Shown: positions 27,036 to 34,800 of the stretch, piece after piece
Layout of the letters: every line of letters begins with the position of its first letter
Numbering within the stretch: the stretch's first letter is position 1
Virus record (IMG/VR): IMGVR_UViG_3300042894_007079
Coordinates: 785-64,784 of that record
DNA: 64,000 nucleotides
Strand: one strand, 5' to 3'
From: a virus
Lineage: Duplodnaviria > Caudoviricetes
Notes under the pieces: model-generated
What the model saw: the letters and a program-made list of their open reading frames with translations, nothing else
What the model was told of the DNA's origin: nothing
Databases searched by the model: none
Translations under genes and position numbers: made by a program

Positions 27036-27408
27036 GGGGATGTCATAGAATAGATTCATAGAGTAGTGGTAGTTATGCAGGTGTCGGATGGTCAAGTAAC
27101 CGACTAATAAATTTGGTGACAAAAAGTCGTAAATGGCAAAACAAATGAAGTAGCATCCCGTGAAGATTTAGTAGCGGCGTTACAAAACAACATGCTTAAG
27201 GCAGAAGAGCTATCTTTAGTTTAATATTTTAAGCTTTCGAAAAAATTCTCCAGCTGAATCACACAGTTAAAAATGTGAAACCAGAATTGTTAGAGTGATG
27301 GGTTGTTCAACTAACTATTTTGTAAGTTTCGAAAAACTTTCTAAGCCTGTGAATGAATAATTATTGTTAACTAGGGAAGACACGATGGGCAGTACATCGT
27401 CATCTCCA
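27036..27408 (+). ncRNA. ssrA: tmRNA (one-piece)
   Basis: 5' GGGGATG pairs with 3' CATCTCC(A), giving the G3.U alanine determinant. T-arm ACGATG/GGCAGTA/CATCGT. Tag ORF 27135-27224. CCA not encoded. Confidence 0.9.
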
Positions 27409-27417
27409 CTAAAAAAT

Positions 27418-27443
27418 TAAAGTCCACTTTGGTGGACTTTTTT
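27418..27443 (+). terminator. Terminator after tmRNA
   Basis: AAAGTCCAC-TTTG-GTGGACTTTTT. Confidence 0.85.
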
Positions 27444-27464
27444 GTTTAAATAGATATAATTTGT

Positions 27465-28001
27465 ATGAGTTATATCAATTCTTTTAAAGGTCGGTACTTT
27501 TTTCTATCTAATTTTTATCCGTGTGAAATTACACACAAAGGAATTACATATCCTTCTGTTGAACACTACTATGTTGCTTTAAAAGTTACTACGATGCAAT
27601 TTATAGATGGTGTTTATTATACAGCACCTGATTTTAGAGAGTTAATTGCTAGAATAAAAGAACCTGGTGATGTAAAAAAAATGGGAAGGCGTGTAAAGGT
27701 CAGAAGTGACTGGGATGAAAAAAGATTAGGATTTATGGAGTGGGGTATAAAAGAAAAATTCAAAAATCCTAAATTAGCTGAAATGTTAATTGAGACTGGT
27801 GATTTAGATTTGATTGAAGGTAATAATTGGCATGATGTGTGGTGGGGCCAATGTTCTTGTCCAAAATGCAAAGGTGGTGGTCACAATTATTTGGGTAAAA
27901 TTTTAATGCAAATTAGAAGTGAATTAAGACAACAAAATGCGAGACCTTCACTAGAAGAAGAAATAAAAAACAAATTAAATAAAGAAAATGGCAGTCATTA
28001 G
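27465..28001 (+). CDS. NADAR (YbiA-like) family protein
   Basis: FLSNFY, SVEHYY, KKMGR, LIEGN.WHD.WWG, NYLGKILM. Confidence 0.9.
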   Translation: MSYINSFKGRYFFLSNFYPCEITHKGITYPSVEHYYVALKVTTMQFIDGVYYTAPDFRELIARIKEPGDVKKMGRRVKVRSDWDEKRLGFMEWGIKEKFKNPKLAEMLIETGDLDLIEGNNWHDVWWGQCSCPKCKGGGHNYLGKILMQIRSELRQQNARPSLEEEIKNKLNKENGSH

Positions 28002-28932
28002 TTATTTTGGTGGTAAGAGTTCCTCCGCATTTCAAGAATTAATCAATACTAAAATTCCCAAAACAGGAATTAAAACATATTTAGAGCCTTTCTCTGGCTC
28101 AATGGGAACATATATGGACGACCCAAACTTAAAGTTTGATGTAGTTATCTATAATGATAAAAATCGTCACCAGGTGAACTTATACAAGTGCGCATCGGAG
28201 CCTGAAACTTTTCTAAAATATTTAGAAAGATTAAAAGAAACTTTACTAAAGACTGATGAGACAGATCCGCTAAAAAAGTGGGACTTTTATAAGAAAATTT
28301 ACAAAAAATATCAAAAGAATAACTTTCTTGATGATATGAATTTTGAAATTGGTGATTTTGGAAAAGCAGCAATCTATGCTTTTCTTATTACATCAGCTCA
28401 TAATTCAGTTTATCCAAGAGGTGCTGGTTTTAATGGTTACAAAAAAGATAAAGACCGTCTTAAATTAGAAGTCCTTATTGATAAATTAAAAAAGAATAAA
28501 TATACGCCTAAATTAAAATCAATTACTGATTTTTTAAACATTGATTTTGAAGAACTTATCAATAGATATGACGCTGAAGATACTTATCTTTATTTAGATC
28601 CACCATATGCTAGATTTAATGAAGATAAAGGTGAAGATGATGCTAAAAGACTTTTCTGGTATGGTGCTGATACTGAAGGTGTTTTTGGACCAGCTTCGCA
28701 CAGAAGACTTTTGGAGCTATTAAAAAATACAAAATGTCGTTGGTCTTTATCATATTATTATTTTCCTTTACTGGAAGAGTTATTACCTAAAGATAAATAC
28801 GTTTGGACTGAGAAAGAAGTATTTAGAAGCTCGGCACATGGTGGAAATAACTCTGATTTAAAAACAGAACAAGCTAAAGGAGTTGAATTGTTAATTATGA
28901 ATTATAATCCAAAAACTGGTGAAAAGTTATAA
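27988..28932 (+). CDS. DNA adenine methyltransferase (Dam/D12-like)
   Basis: YFGGKS, LEPFSGS, YND, YLDPPY, ELLIMNY. Confidence 0.85.
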   Translation: MAVISYFGGKSSSAFQELINTKIPKTGIKTYLEPFSGSMGTYMDDPNLKFDVVIYNDKNRHQVNLYKCASEPETFLKYLERLKETLLKTDETDPLKKWDFYKKIYKKYQKNNFLDDMNFEIGDFGKAAIYAFLITSAHNSVYPRGAGFNGYKKDKDRLKLEVLIDKLKKNKYTPKLKSITDFLNIDFEELINRYDAEDTYLYLDPPYARFNEDKGEDDAKRLFWYGADTEGVFGPASHRRLLELLKNTKCRWSLSYYYFPLLEELLPKDKYVWTEKEVFRSSAHGGNNSDLKTEQAKGVELLIMNYNPKTGEKL

Positions 28933-29210
28933 TGGTTACTAAAAAAAACAACATATATAATAACACATTAATTGGTTCTGGTTTAACCTCTAATACTAAT
29001 AGCACTTTTGCTGTAAATTCTTCTTCTGGAGATAATGTGATTACGGTGGGTCCTGATGGATATTGTGTTATAAATAAATTGGCGCTTGTTGATGATATCA
29101 CTGGGAATAAGTGGGAAGTAAGAGTATCAAATGGTGAAATTATAGTAGAGCCAATTGAATTAGAAGATAAAAGAGAGTTTAAGATTAATAAAGTTTTTAA
29201 AAATGACTGA
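28932..29210 (+). CDS. Hypothetical protein
   Basis: Coupled ORF; C-terminal KREFKINKVF motif. Confidence 0.55.
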   Translation: MVTKKNNIYNNTLIGSGLTSNTNSTFAVNSSSGDNVITVGPDGYCVINKLALVDDITGNKWEVRVSNGEIIVEPIELEDKREFKINKVFKND

Positions 29211-29529
29211 TCACTTAGATAGAATTGAAAAATTAGGTTTTATTGTACAACTTAATTGGAATAAGTCTTTTGAAATTATCTATGATGACGATAGTCCACT
29301 TGATATTAGAGTCTTATTTTGTTCTTACAATGATTTTTCTGAGCCTTCTTATGAAGATGTTGTAGAAACTGCATGTGACTTCTTTTATATGTGGTATAAT
29401 AAAAACATTAACTTATTGGCTGATTATGAGATGAATTCAAGTAATTTTGATGAATTGATTGATTGTTGCTTAGGTGATATCACAACTCAGGTTTATAGAG
29501 ATTTCAATATTGATAACTTATTGGACTAA
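29203..29529 (+). CDS. Hypothetical protein
   Basis: Coupled ORF; C-terminal RDFNIDNLL motif. Confidence 0.55.
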   Translation: MTDHLDRIEKLGFIVQLNWNKSFEIIYDDDSPLDIRVLFCSYNDFSEPSYEDVVETACDFFYMWYNKNINLLADYEMNSSNFDELIDCCLGDITTQVYRDFNIDNLLD

Positions 29530-29784
29530 CTTTAGTAACTTAATTTTTAAGTCACCTGTTCCTTTTATTAGTCTATGATAAGCACCCATTGGTATAAATA
29601 CTTCTCCTTCTATTATTTTAGGTAGTTCGTTATCAATTTGTATTTTCCAGTCTGTATCTTCAATAGATTCAATTATTCTATCTTCTCTATCACGGTGCCA
29701 CATAAACTCACCAGAATCAGTATCTTGACTGAATACTCTGATAAATTCATTATCACTTAATTTAGTTTCTTGAAATGGTAACAT
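29518..29784 (-). CDS. Small cupin-like protein
   Basis: WHRDREDR and FIPMGAYHRLIKG cupin-type motifs. Confidence 0.6.
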   Translation of the reverse strand: MLPFQETKLSDNEFIRVFSQDTDSGEFMWHRDREDRIIESIEDTDWKIQIDNELPKIIEGEVFIPMGAYHRLIKGTGDLKIKLLKLVQ

Positions 29785-30176
29785 TAACTTACTATTTGTT
29801 TATATCTTTCTTTGAATTTATCAATTTTAACTAACCAATTATCTTTCACATCACAGTCTTCCACATATTCTTTGACTCTTGGTTCAACATATAATAAAAG
29901 TTCTCTTATTTGTCCTATAAATGCTGATAACAACTTAGGATTATTGTATAATAAACTAGTATCATCAATTATTTGAGTATAGGTTTTCCCATTTATAAGA
30001 GGTTCTCTAAGTCTTTTCATCATATCGGTTAATTCATTAGTTGCTTTTTGATCGACTCCTCTTTTAGTTATTTGTGAGAAGCCCATCGTTATTAACATGC
30101 CAAAATCAAGCAGAAAGTCAGTGATGAATTTTCTGTTAGCAGATTCAAATATTTGATATGTTTTTAAGTGTTTCAT
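29784..30176 (-). CDS. Hypothetical protein with CTS-like leader
   Basis: MKHLKTYQIFES; TTATATATA just upstream on the minus strand. Confidence 0.6.
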   Translation of the reverse strand: MKHLKTYQIFESANRKFITDFLLDFGMLITMGFSQITKRGVDQKATNELTDMMKRLREPLINGKTYTQIIDDTSLLYNNPKLLSAFIGQIRELLLYVEPRVKEYVEDCDVKDNWLVKIDKFKERYKQIVS

Positions 30177-30214
30177 ATACTATATATAAAAATAGTCAGG
30201 ATAATCTCTAATAA

Positions 30215-31150
30215 CTACCAGTACCCAGGGTAGGTTCGGCCATTCCAAAGATGTCCGTACTTCGTCAGGCGGCACGCCCAGTAACCTGCTTTAGTCTTAT
30301 CTTTCTTAGTTGAACATTTATGACGAGCTGCAAATGATTTTCTAGCTTCAGGATTACTTACTTTAGCAGTTAACCCACCGTGAACATCTCCGAAAGAAAT
30401 CTTTTTAACATTTCCTGTTTTTGGATTTTTAACATATACATAGTATTTTTTCCCACCGCCGCTATTTCTCATTGGATGATTTAATTTCACTTCTTTTCCT
30501 TTATATTCTGCTTCAGAAACAAATTCTATATTTTCCATAGGTAAATCTAAAGGAACTAATTCTCCGTTAAAGTAACCAAATTTACCAATTTCTGTTGATT
30601 CATAAATTTCTTTATCTATTTCACATAATTCGACTTTTCCTTCATCAAATAATTGGCGAGCCTCTTTAATAACTTGATAGAAAGCTTCCGAGCCTGGTCT
30701 GAAAATATTTTCAGTTATTGGTTTATTATTTTCTAAATGATACTTTAAACTCTCTGAAAAAATAACATTTACAAAGTCAGATGCTTTTTTAACATTTTCA
30801 TCAGTATCACATTTGCAGTCATCACATCCACAATAACAACCTTCCTCTCCTGTACAGTCATCACAACATCCACAGCCAGATGTTTCACTTTCTTCGTAGT
30901 CTGAATCAAAGTCATCTTCAGTTTGCCATTCTATATTCTCTACATTATCAATATTTACAGTTATAAAGGATTCAAATTTTTCAATTTTATTGATATTTTT
31001 TTTGAATTCTTTTTCTACTTTTTCTTGGTCTTCAATTGAAGTTTTAAAAGATGGTTTATCATCTTTAGATTTTTCTAAAGATTTGGCCGAAAACTTAACT
31101 TCTTGTTGTTCTGTTTTTTCTTTTTTAGTATTTACTTTTTTTATCTTCAT
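30215..31150 (-). CDS. Protein with Cys-rich cluster and conserved phage C-terminal domain (DUF6321-like)
   Basis: GCGCCDDC..CYCGCDDCKC; KKISFG..RKSFAARHKC..GYWACR. Confidence 0.55.
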   Translation of the reverse strand: MKIKKVNTKKEKTEQQEVKFSAKSLEKSKDDKPSFKTSIEDQEKVEKEFKKNINKIEKFESFITVNIDNVENIEWQTEDDFDSDYEESETSGCGCCDDCTGEEGCYCGCDDCKCDTDENVKKASDFVNVIFSESLKYHLENNKPITENIFRPGSEAFYQVIKEARQLFDEGKVELCEIDKEIYESTEIGKFGYFNGELVPLDLPMENIEFVSEAEYKGKEVKLNHPMRNSGGGKKYYVYVKNPKTGNVKKISFGDVHGGLTAKVSNPEARKSFAARHKCSTKKDKTKAGYWACRLTKYGHLWNGRTYPGYW

Positions 31151-31160
31151 GTTATTGAGA

Positions 31161-31370
31161 TTATTTTTTTTGAAACATTCCGTCTAAAACTTGATACATT
31201 GCATCTACAACACCATAAGAATCGACTCCAAAATCATCTTTGTACTTTTCTACTAATTCTGTCATATCTTTCTCAAGCATAGACCATTTATCTTGTTGAT
31301 TTTCTGTTCTACCAGTTCTTAAAACTTCATCCCAGTCAAACTCTTCATTAAATTTTTTTATGTGTTTCAT
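31161..31370 (-). CDS. Small protein with CTS-like leader
   Basis: MKHIKKFNEE. Confidence 0.55.
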   Translation of the reverse strand: MKHIKKFNEEFDWDEVLRTGRTENQQDKWSMLEKDMTELVEKYKDDFGVDSYGVVDAMYQVLDGMFQKK

Positions 31371-31371
31371 A

Positions 31372-31731
31372 TTAACGATTTAATTTTTTTAAAACTTTAG
31401 CACATTTTTCATATTCTTCTGCAAGTTCTAACTCTTTAAGATATTCTTTCAGTTGTGGAGTGTCTGATAACTCTAATCTTATGCCAAATCTTATCTCTTG
31501 AAGTTCTTTCATATTTATTGCTGTCTTATCTATTATTTTATTAACAACATCTCTGTCAAATGGTGATGATTTCATAAAGTCATTCCAATCGTAAATACCA
31601 TTGTCATTTAAAAATTTAATAATTTCATCTATCGACTGTTGAGTTCCATTTTTTGTTTTTTTAGAATTCTTTCTTAATTTTTTAAAAAATTCTTCATTAA
31701 TAAAATCTAAATAACCTTCGATTCTTTTCAT
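31372..31731 (-). CDS. Protein with CTS-like leader and UVR-like C-terminal helix
   Basis: MKRIEGYLDFINEE; ELAEEYEKCAKV; late promoter at 31736-31744. Confidence 0.55.
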   Translation of the reverse strand: MKRIEGYLDFINEEFFKKLRKNSKKTKNGTQQSIDEIIKFLNDNGIYDWNDFMKSSPFDRDVVNKIIDKTAINMKELQEIRFGIRLELSDTPQLKEYLKELELAEEYEKCAKVLKKLNR

Positions 31732-31803
31732 ATCTTATATATTATTTTAGATTATCAAAGAAAGGTAAATTAATATATAAACAAAACTATTTACACTGTA
31801 TAG

Positions 31804-34800
31804 ATGTTAAATCATAAAAATCTGATTTTCTTCAACAAAGAAGGTGATGCATTAAATTTTAATTATAATAACACTCTTGATAGATTTGAGGGTAGTATGT
31901 TATTCCATGAAAATTCTAATGATACCTTTAAGACATATGGTCTATATATGTTTGAAAAAGTTGAGGACTTCGAGTTTGAAGTGCCGGGTGAACTTACAAC
32001 AAATAAATTTCAATTATTTAATGAATATGGATTGCATCTTTATGGTGCTAAATATAGTCAACAACAAATAGAAAGAATTGAGCCGGTAAATAATGATTCT
32101 GATTTTTATACAAAATGGATTTATGGTGAAAATTTTCATGTAAAGTTTCCAATAGGTACTATTATTAAATTTGATTCTACTATTTATGAGTTTTTAGACA
32201 CAAATAGAACATATGTAGTTGTTGGTCAAAAATTAGGTGCTATTATGATTGTTTCTCAAATGGATAATGATACATTTGAGACCAGTTATTATAATCAATA
32301 TACCGCAGCTGGTTTCGTAATTAGTAATCTTAATGGAACGGGTACTAATTTAGCTACTTCATCTACACAGTCAATTTATTTTGGTAAAACAATCACTGGA
32401 GTTAATGCTGTTGGTGTTTATAATTATATTGATAGTCTATACAACGACAATCTTTCTCTTTGGAATGAACCAAGTTTTTATGATAAATATTATGTTGGTA
32501 AAAAACTTAACATAATGAATTCGGCTAAACAGGCTGATGATAGTATTAGTTTTCCTCCATACTACACTCCACTTATTGTCACTGTTGATAATCCTGATTT
32601 GACTGACCAATCACATTTTGAGTACATATTGAGTAAGAATGATCTTCCAGTGGATACTGATTTAATTATTGAAGTTATTACAAGAACCGATGTTCCAAAA
32701 GTTTATGAAGGTCAACTTACAATTTCAAATGATGGTAAAATTTTAGCAGAAAGTTATCCACAGATACTTAAACCTGGAACCGAGTTTAAAATTATTGGTT
32801 CTCTTAATAATACTAACTTTTTTAATGTTTCATATGCTCCTGAGTGGAATGGTATAGTAAATGAGACATTTTTTGCTACTTATTCCCAAGTCGTTTATAA
32901 TAATCAAATATATGAGTGTCAACAAGCTTATACACAAAGTTTTGGATCTGCTTCTACTCAGTTTATTACACCAGATGATGTAAACTATTGGGGTCAACCT
33001 ACTTATATCTATGTGGACCAAGGTACTGCAGCTGAGTCAATTTTATTTGGTCAAATTTACTTAACAACTGACAAGTATTATTACGTTTATCCATTTACTC
33101 AATCACAACAAACTACATTGGCTTCTGCTGCTGAAAAATATGTTGATGATTTAAAAATCTTTAATATTGACCTTTATTATCAAAAAAATAGATTAAACGC
33201 TGATTTAATTTATCCAAGTAAATATGCTAAGGTCAATTTCTATCATACAAGTGTTGGTCTGACTTATTCTATTGGTGGAGTAAAACAAACTGTAGAAAGA
33301 CTATGTGGTGTAAAGCAAGAACTTAATTATGAATTAAACTATGACATATCTGAAAATTTCGAATATAATGTTGTATTTACTGATTTAGATGAGTATGGTT
33401 TTAAAATTTTAATTAACGGTCAAGTTTACGAAGAAGAATTAGCTTCTGTTTACAGTGGGGCTTTCTTAGATATGGAAAGAACCATTGATAGAACATTAAG
33501 AAACTGGTTACAAAGAAATTTTATTAGACTTTATACAATTGGTATTAGAGCTGACTTGGCTTATACTGGAAATTTCACATCAGTTTTTTATAATTCAATA
33601 AGATTTAAAACTCAATATCCTAACGTACCATTAGAACTTGAAGAAGTTATTGTTGGAATTACGGCAGATTATTTTATAGAACATTCTAGAATTTTATTTA
33701 ATACCGGTACTTATTCAATGCCTTACTTAAGTTTAAAAATAAATGGCACTGATTATTCCGTTTCATCGGTTCCTGTAAGTTCAAATGTTACTGATGTTCC
33801 TGCTACAATAACTAAATGGGTTGAAGAACATTCTTTGACTTTATTAGAAAGAGGTATAATTGTTAAAGATATTAATTATTTATTAAAAATTGATGTAAAA
33901 TCCGTTCAGAACAATTTAGAAATAGTTGTTAGTAATGGTAGAGTAAACATACCTGGTCTTTTAGATTGGACAGTGACTAAAAAGATTAAAGGAAATATTG
34001 GTATGTTTGTTGCTTCGAATGAGGTATTATTACCTACTTCTTCTACAGCCTCTTTTGAACAAGCTGGTTTTGCTACTGGTATGTTGTTTGGTATAAACAA
34101 TACAGTTTGGCCTTGGGTAAATCAAGAATTTAATGTACAATTCTTAGATCCACATGTCATGAATTTAAGCTACCAAGGACCTTTTTGGGGATTGACCGAT
34201 AGTGTATGTAATTCATCGGCATTTATTACACTGGCATTTAATTTAGGATTTGGACAAACCGCTTGTGTTGTACCTGTTGGACCTACCGGAACTGGTGGTC
34301 CTTTTGACTTACTGGCATTTAGTTCAGGATTTAGTTTAACTTATATAACAAACACATATAATACAAATGCTTACAACTTATCTTCATATCCTGGTTCATC
34401 TGGTTTAGTTGATATAAAGTATGTTCAAATATCAAATTCTTTATATGGATTTGGAGATTCATTAGTTGTGGTTGATGCTTATTTGGGTCAATATTTACAA
34501 ACTATAAATCTACCTGGAAATACTCAAAGTATAGAAATGGAGTATAATCCAATAAACAATTATCTGTATTGTTTGTCTGAACAAAATATTTATGTTGTTG
34601 ATCCAATAGTAAATATGTTGATTAGTCAAATATCATTTACGGCTTCTACATCATTTCCTGATCCTACTTGCTTGGCTCGAGATATTGAAATTAATCCAGT
34701 AAATGGTGATGTTTATATCACTTATCAAAACAGAGCACGAGTTGACATTTGGTCTGAGAATAATTTGACTAATAATAGAAGTGCTTACTTAGACAGCTCT

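Noticed and set aside
27036-27408. tRNA-Ala or permuted two-piece tmRNA
   Set aside because: Acceptor halves are about 370 nt apart in standard order with an internal tag ORF, so it is a one-piece tmRNA. No tRNA genes were recognised in the window.
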